Below are positions 19,191-28,473 of a stretch of DNA of 64,000 nucleotides, piece after piece; positions within the stretch are counted from its first letter, which is position 1, and each line of letters begins with the position of its first letter. The position numbers and the translations under genes are program-made. This DNA comes from an uncultured delta proteobacterium (GTDB taxonomy: Bacteria; Myxococcota_A; Polyangia; Polyangiales; JAFGIB01). The notes under the pieces are model-generated. The model saw only the letters and a program-made list of their open reading frames with translations. It made no database searches and was not told the origin of the DNA. The stretch covers positions 1,408,001-1,472,000 of the forward strand of contig CAVZVA010000009.1 of assembly GCA_963778655.1 (NCBI GenBank), given 5' to 3'.

Positions 19191-21143
19191 ATGCCCGAAA
19201 CAGTGCTGAAACGAACACCTCCGTCGGGCGTGCCCGAGACGGCGAGTCACGCCTCGAGCGAAGGGGCAAGCGCACCCTCGCCTTCGCTGTTGGCCCTCGC
19301 CCTGGGTGCGCTGGGCGTGGTCTACGGCGACATTGGCACCTCGCCGCTATACGCGGTGCGCGAGTGCTTCAACTCGGCGGACGGCGTTGCGCCGACGCCG
19401 GCCAACGTGATCGGGATCCTCTCGCTCATCACCTGGTCGCTGACCCTGGTGGTGTCGATCAAGTACCTGCTGATGGTCATGGAGGCGGATAACGAGGGCG
19501 AGGGCGGGATCCTCGCGTTGCTCGCGCTGGTGTCCAAGCCGGCGGGCCAATCCGAGCCGAGCTCCGTGCGCCGGGCGCTGGTGCTGGCTGGCCTGTTTGG
19601 CGCGGCGCTGCTCTATGGTGACTCGGTGATCACGCCCGCGATTTCGGTCCTGGGCGCGGTCGAGGGGCTAGAGGTGGCGACTCCGGTGCTCGAGCCATGG
19701 CTGGTGCCGCTGGCAGTGGCGATCCTCACCGGTCTGTTCATGTTCCAGAAGCGGGGCACCGCCGGCGTGGCCCGGATCTTCGGACCGGCGATGCTGATCT
19801 GGTTCAGCGCGCTGATCGTGATGGGCGTGCCGGCGATCTTCCACGAGCCGAGCGTGCTCAGGGCGCTCAACCCGCTGTACGCCATCGAGTTCATGCTGCG
19901 GCACGGCCATCACGGCTTCTTGCTGCTCGGCGCGGTGGTGCTGTGCATCACGGGGGCCGAGGCGGTCTACGCGGACATGGGGCACTTCGGCAAGCGGCCG
20001 ATCCGTCTGGCGTGGTTCGCGCTCGCGTTTCCGGCCCTGCTGGTGAACTACTTCGGCCAGGGCGCGCTGTTGCTCTCGCGTGGCCGCGCAGTGGTCGCCA
20101 ATCCGTTCTACGCGTTGGCTCCGGGCTGGACCGTGTATCCGGTGGTCGTGATCGCCACGGTCGCGGCCGTGGTCGCCTCGCAAGCGTTGATCTCGGGCGC
20201 ATTCTCGCTGACCAATCAAGCGGTGCAGCTGGGCTACTGCCCGCGGCTGAAGGTGGTCCACACTTCCGGCCATCACGAGGGTCAGATCTACGTGCCGGAG
20301 GTCAACGCCTGGCTGGCGCTGGCCTGCGTGGCGCTGGTGCTGGCGTTTCGCGGCTCGTCGGCGCTGGCCGCCGCTTACGGCATCGCGGTGACCGGCACCA
20401 TGTCGGTGACCTCGGTGTTGTTCTTTTCGGTGATGCGCCCGCGCTGGGGGCTGCCGCTGGGGATCTCGGTGCTGGCGCTATTCCTCACCGTCGACCTGTC
20501 GTTCTTCGGCGCCAACATGGTCAAGATCGAGAGCGGAGGGTGGCTACCGCTGGCGGTCGGCGTGATGCTGTTCGTGGTGTTCAGCACCTGGAAGCGCGGG
20601 CGCCGCATCCTGGGGGACAGGCTGCGCGCGTCCGCGCTGCCGATCGCGCCGTTCATCGCGGACCTGGCGAGCCACCCGCTGGTGCGGGTGCCCGGAACTG
20701 CCGTGTTCATGACCTCCAATCCCGAGAGCGTGCCGCCGGCGCTGCTGCACCACCTGAAGCACAACAAGTCGCTGCACGAGCGCGTGCTGCTGCTCTCGAT
20801 CATCACCGAGCACGTGCCAATCCTGCGCCGGCGCGACCGCGTCGCCTGCCGCGAGCTCGGCCAGGGCATGTACCACGTGGTCGCCCACTACGGATTCATG
20901 CAGTCGCCGCGGGTGCCCGACGTGCTGCGCCAGGTACGGCGGATCGCGGGCATCGACATCGAGCTCAACGACACCAGCTTCTTTCTCGGGCGCGAGACCC
21001 TGCTCGCCACCGGACGCTCGGGGATGTGGCGCTGGCGCTCGGCGCTGTTCGCCTTCCTCTCGCGCAATGCCCACACCGCGACCGAGTTCTTCGGCCTGCC
21101 GCCCGGGCGGGTGGTGGAGCTCGGGATGCAGATCGAGGTGTGA
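19191..21143 (+). CDS. kup: KUP/HAK/KT potassium transporter
   Basis: GVVYGDIGTSPLYA, ADNEGEGG, YADMGHFG, GQIYVP and AAAYGIAV motifs. Confidence 0.95.
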   Translation: MPETVLKRTPPSGVPETASHASSEGASAPSPSLLALALGALGVVYGDIGTSPLYAVRECFNSADGVAPTPANVIGILSLITWSLTLVVSIKYLLMVMEADNEGEGGILALLALVSKPAGQSEPSSVRRALVLAGLFGAALLYGDSVITPAISVLGAVEGLEVATPVLEPWLVPLAVAILTGLFMFQKRGTAGVARIFGPAMLIWFSALIVMGVPAIFHEPSVLRALNPLYAIEFMLRHGHHGFLLLGAVVLCITGAEAVYADMGHFGKRPIRLAWFALAFPALLVNYFGQGALLLSRGRAVVANPFYALAPGWTVYPVVVIATVAAVVASQALISGAFSLTNQAVQLGYCPRLKVVHTSGHHEGQIYVPEVNAWLALACVALVLAFRGSSALAAAYGIAVTGTMSVTSVLFFSVMRPRWGLPLGISVLALFLTVDLSFFGANMVKIESGGWLPLAVGVMLFVVFSTWKRGRRILGDRLRASALPIAPFIADLASHPLVRVPGTAVFMTSNPESVPPALLHHLKHNKSLHERVLLLSIITEHVPILRRRDRVACRELGQGMYHVVAHYGFMQSPRVPDVLRQVRRIAGIDIELNDTSFFLGRETLLATGRSGMWRWRSALFAFLSRNAHTATEFFGLPPGRVVELGMQIEV

Positions 21144-21212
21144 TCGGGTGCTCGAAGGCGGGAACGGAGCTCCGCAGCTCTTCCCTTCTTCCGGTGATCC
21201 GGACAACCGCGC

Positions 21213-21950
21213 TCAGCGCTGGCGGCGGTCGGCGCTGACCGAGAGCGCGAACGGCGTGAAGTTGGTGTCGCGGTCGTAGAAGTCCTCGCGCTCGGCGCGC
21301 TTGAGGGCGGAGACCACTCGATAGGTGATCGGCGTCGCCACCACCTCCCACGAGACCTTGAGCACGTAGTTGGCGAGCATCACCTTGAGCAGCAGGTCAT
21401 TCGACCAGGTGCCGAAGAACGCCAGCGGATAGAACACCGTCGTGTCGCAGGCCTCGCCCACGATGGTCGAGCCGATGGTGCGGGTCCACAGGAAGCGGCC
21501 CTGGGTCCAGATCTTCATCTTGGCCAGGGTGAACGAGTTGGTGAACTCACCGCAGAAGTACCCGACCAGCGAGGCCAGCGCGATGCGCCAGGTGGAGCCG
21601 AAGGCCTGCTCGATCACGGCCTGCCCAGTCCAGCCGTCGGCCGGGGGCAGGTGCACGACCACCGCGCTCATCACGGACGCGAACAGCAGCGCGCCGAAAC
21701 CGGCCCACACCACGCGCCGCGAGCGCGCGTAGCCGTACACTTCGGTCAGGATGTCGCCGAACAGGTAGCTGAGGGGAAAGAACAGGTTGCCCGCGCCAAA
21801 GGCAGTGGGCCGCCCGAACAGCGAGACCTGGGCGACCTTGCTCACGCCGATCAGGTTCGCGCACAAGAGCACGCACACGAACGACGCCATGATCAGGTCG
21901 TAGTAGCGGTAGGTGCGTGGTGCGGCGGCGGCCACGGCGGGCGTGCTCAT
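21213..21950 (-). CDS. Queuosine precursor transporter (YhhQ/VUT family)
   Basis: FFPLSYLFGDILTEVYGY, RIALASL, RTIGSTIVGE and DTNFTPF motifs. Confidence 0.88.
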   Translation of the reverse strand: MSTPAVAAAAPRTYRYYDLIMASFVCVLLCANLIGVSKVAQVSLFGRPTAFGAGNLFFPLSYLFGDILTEVYGYARSRRVVWAGFGALLFASVMSAVVVHLPPADGWTGQAVIEQAFGSTWRIALASLVGYFCGEFTNSFTLAKMKIWTQGRFLWTRTIGSTIVGEACDTTVFYPLAFFGTWSNDLLLKVMLANYVLKVSWEVVATPITYRVVSALKRAEREDFYDRDTNFTPFALSVSADRRQR

Positions 21951-22024
21951 GACCGCGCAGTCTACAGCAAAACCCCAGCGTCGCCCCGCTCGCTCGCGTG
22001 CAGGCGCTGCGCACGCCGGAGCAA

Positions 22025-22114
22025 ACAGGAAGGTGGGAAGCTCAAACGAATGTTCAGAGAGCCGCGTTCGCGCCTCGACCAAACGCTCTGCCTTCCCGTC
22101 ATCCCGCCTTCCTG
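22025..22114. repeat. REP-like imperfect inverted repeat, family B (ACAGGAAGGYGGGAAG...CTTCCCGCCTTCCTG)
   Basis: Arms at 22025-22040 and 22092-22114; related arms at 28450-28473, 41604-41654 and 57635-57650. Confidence 0.6.
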
Positions 22115-22136
22115 CTTCCCTCTCGCGGCGCCGGCC

Positions 22137-22499
22137 CTACATGCGCGGGGTGAAGTCGACCTTGCAGATGCGGTTGTCTTCGGTGAACGAGAACTTCATC
22201 TCCAGGCCCTTGATCGGTACCGGCAGCGGCAGCCCGGCAGGCAGGTCGGCGCTGGTGGTCACCATCCCGTCGGCCTCGACCGGCGTGCTCCACACCAGGC
22301 TGGACTGCATCTGGGCCATCGGACCGCTGCCGCCTTTGCGCATGCGGGACATGATCTTCTCTTTGCCCTGGGTGTTGCCCATCGGGCTGGCCATGACGAT
22401 GTCGTCTGCGATCAGCGCGTCGATCGCGTCGAGCTTGGCGTCCTCGCGGGAGCGCTGCGCCTCGAGATAGAGGGTGACGATTTCGGTTCGGCTGGGCAT
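22137..22499 (-). CDS. SnoaL/NTF2-like domain protein
   Basis: IDALIADDIVMASPMGNTQGKEKI...FSFTEDNRICKV pattern; SD AGGAG. Confidence 0.7.
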   Translation of the reverse strand: MPSRTEIVTLYLEAQRSREDAKLDAIDALIADDIVMASPMGNTQGKEKIMSRMRKGGSGPMAQMQSSLVWSTPVEADGMVTTSADLPAGLPLPVPIKGLEMKFSFTEDNRICKVDFTPRM

Positions 22500-22557
22500 G
22501 GCTCGCTCCTTGTGGGTGGAGCGGACTCTAGCAGCCCCTTTGAAGAAGCCTCAAGGC

Positions 22558-22641
22558 GAGCACGAGCGAACCCGGACCCCCGTGTTTTCCCCTTGCGATC
22601 CGAGGGGTTCCAACGGGCGGGAGGGTCGCGTGACCCTCCCG
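22558..22641 (+). repeat. Dispersed palindromic element, family A (variant copy)
   Basis: GAGCGAACCC near the 5' end; perfect 10-bp stem CGGGAGGGTC-GCGT-GACCCTCCCG at 22618-22641. Confidence 0.6.
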
Positions 22642-22646
22642 ATATC

Positions 22647-25600
22647 CTAGCACGGCAGGTCGATGGTCTCGCCGGCGTCGATCTGGCGCAGCGCGCCTTC
22701 CGCGTCCTCGATGTAGTTGCGGTGGCCGTGTTGCGCCGCCAGGTTCAGCACCTCGCGCAGCCGCGCGCGCGCGTCCTCGGCGTCGTCCCGCTTCTGCTCG
22801 ATCACCGCCAGGAAGAATTTGCCCTGAATCACGTCCCACACGAAGTCGTGCTTTTCCGCGTACTCGATCGCCTGCAGCACGCGCGCCCTTCCCTCGCTCG
22901 AGCCGAAGCGAGTCGCGTCGATGAAGCCGAGCGCGCGGATGTTCGACATCTGCAAGCGCACGTAGCCGTTTTCGACCGCCACCTCGTAGCTGCTGCGCAG
23001 CGCCGCGAACGCGCGCCGGTGATCGCCCAAGCGCAGGAAGGCCTCGCCCATGTTGTGCGCGTTGAGCGCCGCCTCGTGCTGCAGGCCCGCCTCGCGCGCA
23101 AGCTCCAGCGCCTTGGCCGCGGCCCTGGCCGAAGCTTCTTGATCGCGCGCGTGGTAGTGGATCTGCGACTCCAGCCGGTATAGCTGGCTCGAGGTCGCCG
23201 GGTCGCCGCGCTCCTCGCCCAGTCGCTTGACCTGCTCCAGCGTCGAGAGCGCCGAGTGCCGGTCGCCCATGCGCGCGTAGGTCAGCGCCAGCAGGGTCAA
23301 GCAGCGCAGCTCGGAGGCCCGATCGCCCGCCTCACGCGAGAGCTGCAGCGCCTCGCGCAGGAAGCCGACCGCCTTTTCGAACTCGCCGCCGCGCGCGTCG
23401 GCGTCGGCCGTGGCCAGGAACACGTCGCGCGACAGCTCCCAGTCGGTCAGTCCGCGCGCGACGTGCTGCGCCTGATCGAGCCAGCGTCGCCCCTCCTCGA
23501 TGCGCGACGCGCCCACCAGCATGCGCCCGCGCCACATGCAGAAACGGGCGGCATGGGTCTGCGAGCGCGCGCTCTCGGCCGCCTTGAGCGCGCGCTCCAT
23601 CAGCTCCGTGCCCTCGGCGAGCTGGCGGTTGCGGAAGCACAGCTCGGCCAGGCGCTCGTACTGGTCCAGCATCAGCACGCGGTGCTTGGGGTCGGCCGTG
23701 GCCAGGAAGTCCACCGCGCGCCGCAGCTCGAGGATCGCGCCCTCGAGCGCGCCTTCGTCTTCGAGCCGATCCGCGGCGCGCAGCAGGTACCCGACCGCGT
23801 GGTCGTCGTCGCCCGCTTCCTGATAGTGCCGCGCCAGGCGTTCGGCCATCTCGTCGATGCGGTCGGGGTGGAGACGCACGATCGCATCGGCGATCGCGGC
23901 GTGGATCTCCTTGCGTGCCTGCAGGGTCACGCTCTCCACCAGCACTTGCTGCACCAGACCGTGTGAGAACATGTGCTCGCTGGGGCCGCGCGCGGCGACG
24001 ATACCCCGCATCTCCTTGGACTGCAGTGCCTCGGTCACCGTACGGATGTCCTCCTGGGAGGCCGCCGCGACGATGTCCGCCTGGAAGCGCTCGCCGACCA
24101 TCGAAGCGACCTGCAGCAAGTAGCGCTGGGTCGGGTCGAGCTTGGCGATGCGCGAGGCGATGATGCCGCGCAAGGTCTTGGGCACGTCCATGCCGGCGGC
24201 GCGCCGGTCGTAGCGGACCTGCCCCTCGTCGAAGGTGATCGCGCCGGTCGCTTGCAGCGCCTTGAGGTATTCCTCGACGTAAAGCGGATTGCCGCCGCTC
24301 TTGGTCGTCACCTCGCGCAACAGCTCGAACGGCATCTCGTCGGCCCCCAGGCGCGTGGCCACCAGACGCGCGACGTCCTCGTCGCTCATCGGCGCCAGCC
24401 GCACCTCGGTGAAGTTGTCCGTGTTGGCCCAGCGCGGCGCGTGGCCCGGGCGGTAGCACAGGAACACGCCGATGCGGGCCTGCGACACGCCGCGCAGCAT
24501 GTCCTCCACGATCGACAGCGAGTCCACGTCCATGTGTTCGGCGCCGTCGAAGGCGAAGATCGTGAGCTGATCTTCGGCCAGCTTGCGCACGATGCGCAGC
24601 AACGCGGCCTTCAGCGGGCGGTGGCCGGTGCGGCGCGGCGCATCGCGCTGCAACCCGAGCGCGGCCGCGACCGCGCTTTGCTCCACCGAGAGCAGCCCGA
24701 GCTCGCGCAGGCGCGTGGTGCGGCCGCGGACCAGCGCCTCGGGGTCGAATTCGTCGACGCCCAACACGCTGCGCAGCATCTCCTGGATGGCCGACAGCGG
24801 CGACTCCCGCATCTGTGGCGTCAGCGTCGCGACGTGCAGGCCCACGCTGTGCCCGGCCAGGCCCAGGCGCCGCATGGTCTCCGCCAGCAAACGCGACTTG
24901 CCCGCGCCGGCTTCGCCGTGCAGCCCGATCACCTGCAGCGCGCCCTGGTGGGCGCGCCCCAGCGCCTCGCCCACCTTGCGCAGCTCGGCGCGCCGACCGA
25001 CGAAGCGGCCGGGCGCGTCCGCCATGCCGCGCTCGCTGGCGAGCAGGTGGGCGTCCTCGACCTGGCGTCCCGCCGCCACCAGCCTGAAGCGGTTACGCAG
25101 TGCCTTCTCGCAGGCGCTGTCGACCAGGATCTGGCCCTCGCCGGTGGCGCTGGCGAACTCGAGCGTGCGCGCCAGCAGCTTGGAGTAGCTGTCGTCCCGC
25201 AGCAGCGTGCCGCCGAGATCGATCAGCACGCGGCCGGAGCACAGCGCGATCGCCGCGCTGGTGGTCGTGCCGGCCTCGGCTGCCGCGGCGCTGGCCGAGC
25301 GCGCCAGCTTGAGCGCACAGCGCGCGGCGTTGTCCGCGTCCCTGCCGTCGGGGTCGAGCTCGCCGAACAGCGCGAGCAGCACGCGTTTTCCATCCGCCGC
25401 CTCGGGCAGCATGTCCTTGGCCACCACGCTGCCGCCGAAGCGCTCGACCACGTGCGCGATGGTCTGGTCGTGAATCGCGTCGCCCGGCTCCAGCCGCACC
25501 GCCAGCACCGTGACATCCCGCCACTCGGTGCGCTCGCGCGGGGTGGCCGCGCTCGGGGTCGAGCTGGGGGTCACCGGCTCCAGCCGCGGGCGGCGGCCGC

Positions 25601-26624
25601 GCTCCACCCGCGTGCGTTCCGGCATCGGCTCGTCGAACGCCGTCACCTCGAACACGGCCTCCAGGCGCTCGCCGGCGCGGCCGGTGTCGTCGGTGCTGCT
25701 GCGCAGCGCGGCCAAGTGGTCAATCAGGTCGCGCGCGCTCACGCGGCGTCCCGCGGTGTAGAGGTGCTGGATCAGGTCCTCGTACAGCTCGCCCGCGCTC
25801 TGGTAGCGCTCCTCGACCTGCGCGGCCATCGCGCGCCGCACGATGCGGCCGATCTCCTCGGGCAAGTCCGGTAGCAGCTCCTCGATCGGGGTGACGGCGC
25901 CTTTGCGGATGCGCTGCAGCGTGTCGTAGCTGGACGCGGCCTGGAACGGGTTCTGCCCGCACAGCACCTCGTAGAGCAATGTGCCGGCGCTGAAGATGTC
26001 GGTGCGCGCGTCGAGCTTCTGGCCCACCAGCTGCTCCGGGGACATGTAGGCGTACTTGCCCTTGATCACGCCCACTTCGGTCACGGCCTGGGCCACGCTG
26101 CGCGCCTTGGCGATGCCGAAGTCGGTCAGCTTCACCTCGCCCTCGAAGCTGAGCAGCACGTTCTGCGGCGAGACGTCGCGGTGCACGATGTTGAGCGGCT
26201 GCATCTCGGCGTCGCGGCGGCGGTGCAGATAGTCGAGCCCCTTGGCGAGCTCGCTGATCACGAACACCGCGAGCTCGGGCGAGAGCCTGCGCCTGGCCTG
26301 GTTTGCGCGCTTGAGCATGGCGGCCAAGTCCATGCCGGCCACGTACTCCATGGCGATGAAATAAGTGCCCTCGGCGTGGCCGAGGTCGAACACCTGGACG
26401 ATGTTGGCGTGCGACAGCGTGACCGCAATCTTGGCCTCGTCGATGAACATGGAGACGAAGCGCGGGTTCTGGCTGAGCTCGGGCAGGATGCGCTTGATGA
26501 CCAGGATCTTCTCGAAACCCTCGACGCCGTGGGCCTTGGCCTTGTACACCTCGGCCATGCCGCCGCGAGCGAGTTGCTCGAGTAGCTGGTACTTGCCGTA
26601 GAGCGTCGGAGCGTCGTTGGCCAT
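22647..26624 (-). CDS. Ser/Thr protein kinase fused to degenerate cyclase-like, AAA (STAND-type) ATPase and TPR domains
   Basis: RGGMAEVY, HRDVSPQN, DFG and YMSPEQ kinase motifs; FVGRRAEL; Walker A GEAGAGKS; SGGNPLYVEE; helical repeats at the C-terminus. Confidence 0.9.
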   Translation of the reverse strand: MANDAPTLYGKYQLLEQLARGGMAEVYKAKAHGVEGFEKILVIKRILPELSQNPRFVSMFIDEAKIAVTLSHANIVQVFDLGHAEGTYFIAMEYVAGMDLAAMLKRANQARRRLSPELAVFVISELAKGLDYLHRRRDAEMQPLNIVHRDVSPQNVLLSFEGEVKLTDFGIAKARSVAQAVTEVGVIKGKYAYMSPEQLVGQKLDARTDIFSAGTLLYEVLCGQNPFQAASSYDTLQRIRKGAVTPIEELLPDLPEEIGRIVRRAMAAQVEERYQSAGELYEDLIQHLYTAGRRVSARDLIDHLAALRSSTDDTGRAGERLEAVFEVTAFDEPMPERTRVERGRRPRLEPVTPSSTPSAATPRERTEWRDVTVLAVRLEPGDAIHDQTIAHVVERFGGSVVAKDMLPEAADGKRVLLALFGELDPDGRDADNAARCALKLARSASAAAAEAGTTTSAAIALCSGRVLIDLGGTLLRDDSYSKLLARTLEFASATGEGQILVDSACEKALRNRFRLVAAGRQVEDAHLLASERGMADAPGRFVGRRAELRKVGEALGRAHQGALQVIGLHGEAGAGKSRLLAETMRRLGLAGHSVGLHVATLTPQMRESPLSAIQEMLRSVLGVDEFDPEALVRGRTTRLRELGLLSVEQSAVAAALGLQRDAPRRTGHRPLKAALLRIVRKLAEDQLTIFAFDGAEHMDVDSLSIVEDMLRGVSQARIGVFLCYRPGHAPRWANTDNFTEVRLAPMSDEDVARLVATRLGADEMPFELLREVTTKSGGNPLYVEEYLKALQATGAITFDEGQVRYDRRAAGMDVPKTLRGIIASRIAKLDPTQRYLLQVASMVGERFQADIVAAASQEDIRTVTEALQSKEMRGIVAARGPSEHMFSHGLVQQVLVESVTLQARKEIHAAIADAIVRLHPDRIDEMAERLARHYQEAGDDDHAVGYLLRAADRLEDEGALEGAILELRRAVDFLATADPKHRVLMLDQYERLAELCFRNRQLAEGTELMERALKAAESARSQTHAARFCMWRGRMLVGASRIEEGRRWLDQAQHVARGLTDWELSRDVFLATADADARGGEFEKAVGFLREALQLSREAGDRASELRCLTLLALTYARMGDRHSALSTLEQVKRLGEERGDPATSSQLYRLESQIHYHARDQEASARAAAKALELAREAGLQHEAALNAHNMGEAFLRLGDHRRAFAALRSSYEVAVENGYVRLQMSNIRALGFIDATRFGSSEGRARVLQAIEYAEKHDFVWDVIQGKFFLAVIEQKRDDAEDARARLREVLNLAAQHGHRNYIEDAEGALRQIDAGETIDLPC

Positions 26625-26900
26625 TCAGTACGGCGGCACGAAGTGCGCGTTCGAGGGTATGGTGGCGCGTCGCGACAAAATCGGGCGCGCAACTTGGCGC
26701 GCGCGCAGGTCTGCGTGACTCCGGCCTGGCTCGATCCCTCGCGGTAGCTTGATCTGCTCGACGTTCCTCCCCGTGTAACGCGTCAGTATACGGCCGCTCG
26801 AGGGCGCCGCGCCACGCTTACGAAACGTGTCGGGTGAGCTGAGGCGAGGTATGACAATGCGGGTGCAACGCGCACTCGCGCCGCGGCCGGGCCGGCAGCG

Positions 26901-28391
26901 TCAGTAGGTTCGCAGCTCGAGCGCGTTCACGAGCGCGCCGACGCGCGCGTCGCGGCCCTGACACTGCGCGCCGGCCCATGCGACGTCACGTCCGGCGCCG
27001 ATCAGGATGCGGCGAGTCTTGGGCGCATCGGCTTTGAGCGTGGTTTCGTCGCCCGAGCGGAGCAGCGCGTCCTTGCCCCGCACGCGCACCGCGACCGGCC
27101 GCAGGTAGGACCCACAGTCCGAGAGCGTGCCCACGCAGTCGACCGGCGTGACCGCCTGCAGCGCGCCGTCGCCGAAGCTCTGCGCGTCGTTCCAGATCAC
27201 CAGCTGCAGCTTCGCGACCGCAGCGTCGAAACGCGTGATGCGCACGCTGCGGTCCCCGTCCGCTCCCAGTTCCTGGGTCACGGCCAGCCGTTCCCCCGTC
27301 TTGAACGGAAAGGCCCAGTCCGGCACGCACAGCCGCGCGGTGTCGACGCCGCCGTCGCCCTCCCCCGTCAGCCAGTCGCTCTCCAAGCAGCCGTCCGGGT
27401 CGCGGCGGATCTCGGACAGCTGCAGGAAGCCCTGGGCGTCGGCGAAGGCGGTCGCCTCGAGCGAGTACGCAGGCTGGTCCTCCGCGCAGGTGGAGTCAGG
27501 CGCCGTGCCACCCGGCTCGAAGCTCTTCAGATCGCTGCCGAGCGCGAGCTTGAAGCGGCCCGTCTTGCCGTTGACGACCACGCGCCGGGCCTTGCGCTGC
27601 GTGTCATCCGCGCCCACGAAATCGGCGATCTGGTCCAGGCCGCGCCAGAGCACGTAGTGTTGCTCGCCGTCGGGCAGCGCGATCGACGCGGCACCGCAGG
27701 GCGTGGTCTCCGGGTCGAGCGGGAGGGCCACGCGTGCGCCCGCGTCGAGCGTGACTTCACGGGTCGCGCTGAACGCGTCCGCGGTGAGCAGCGCGCTGCG
27801 GTCGTCACGGTAGAGGCTGCAGCCGCCGGCGCCCTCGGTGGAGGACAGCACCAGCGAGAGCGCGTCGCCGGTGTCGTTCTCGAGGTCGGGCGCGTCCTTG
27901 CGTCCGCTGTCGCCGTTGTGCGTCCCGGCGGTGGCCAAACAGGCGGCGGCCCCGAGCGCGACCGCGCCGCGTGCCGGCCACGGGCTGCCGGCGCGCGCGG
28001 GCACGGGCCGGGACAGCCAGGCCCCGAGCGGAAGCGCCAGCAGCGCCCACAGATCGCTCGGATCGATCCAGATGCGCGAGGGAAGGCCGAGCAAGCCCAA
28101 CCCGTGCTCCGCGGCGTGCGCGAGCTGGGGCGTCAGCTTGATCAGCGCAAAGCCGCCGCCCACCAGGGCCGCCGCCGCCATGCGCCCCCAGGGCCGGCGC
28201 GCGCGCAGCAGCGCGACCAGCAGCGGCGGTGCGACCAGCATGCCGGCCAGGTCGCTGAGCTTGCCGGTGAGCGCTCCGGGCAGCAGGCCCGAGCCCTTGA
28301 GCACGTGATCGTTGAGCAGCAGCAACAGCAGCGCCGCCCACCACAGCGGGTGGGTGAACGCGCGCACGCGTTCGCCGGTCACGGCGGTCAT
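26901..28391 (-). CDS. Hypothetical protein: N-terminal multi-TM domain plus Cys-containing extracytoplasmic domain
   Basis: LLLNDHVLK...TGKLSDLAG and DPSDLWAL in a hydrophobic region, then AACLAT and about 330 acidic residues. Alternative start at 28424. Confidence 0.7.
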   Translation of the reverse strand: MTAVTGERVRAFTHPLWWAALLLLLLNDHVLKGSGLLPGALTGKLSDLAGMLVAPPLLVALLRARRPWGRMAAAALVGGGFALIKLTPQLAHAAEHGLGLLGLPSRIWIDPSDLWALLALPLGAWLSRPVPARAGSPWPARGAVALGAAACLATAGTHNGDSGRKDAPDLENDTGDALSLVLSSTEGAGGCSLYRDDRSALLTADAFSATREVTLDAGARVALPLDPETTPCGAASIALPDGEQHYVLWRGLDQIADFVGADDTQRKARRVVVNGKTGRFKLALGSDLKSFEPGGTAPDSTCAEDQPAYSLEATAFADAQGFLQLSEIRRDPDGCLESDWLTGEGDGGVDTARLCVPDWAFPFKTGERLAVTQELGADGDRSVRITRFDAAVAKLQLVIWNDAQSFGDGALQAVTPVDCVGTLSDCGSYLRPVAVRVRGKDALLRSGDETTLKADAPKTRRILIGAGRDVAWAGAQCQGRDARVGALVNALELRTY

Positions 28392-28449
28392 GCTGGACCC
28401 GGGCGCTCGTGGGGCGTGCCGCATCGAGATGATCGCCCGATCGTCAGGG

Positions 28450-28473
28450 CTTCCCGCCTTCCCGTCATCCTGT
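28450..28473. repeat. REP-like family B half-site
   Basis: CTTCCCGCCTTCCCGTCATCCTGT overlapping the stop codon of the TPR gene. Confidence 0.5.

Noticed and set aside
21951..22136. preQ1 riboswitch upstream of the queuosine precursor transporter
   Set aside because: No recognisable preQ1 stem or A-rich tail; the region is explained by a family B repeat and a start-proximal -10 box.
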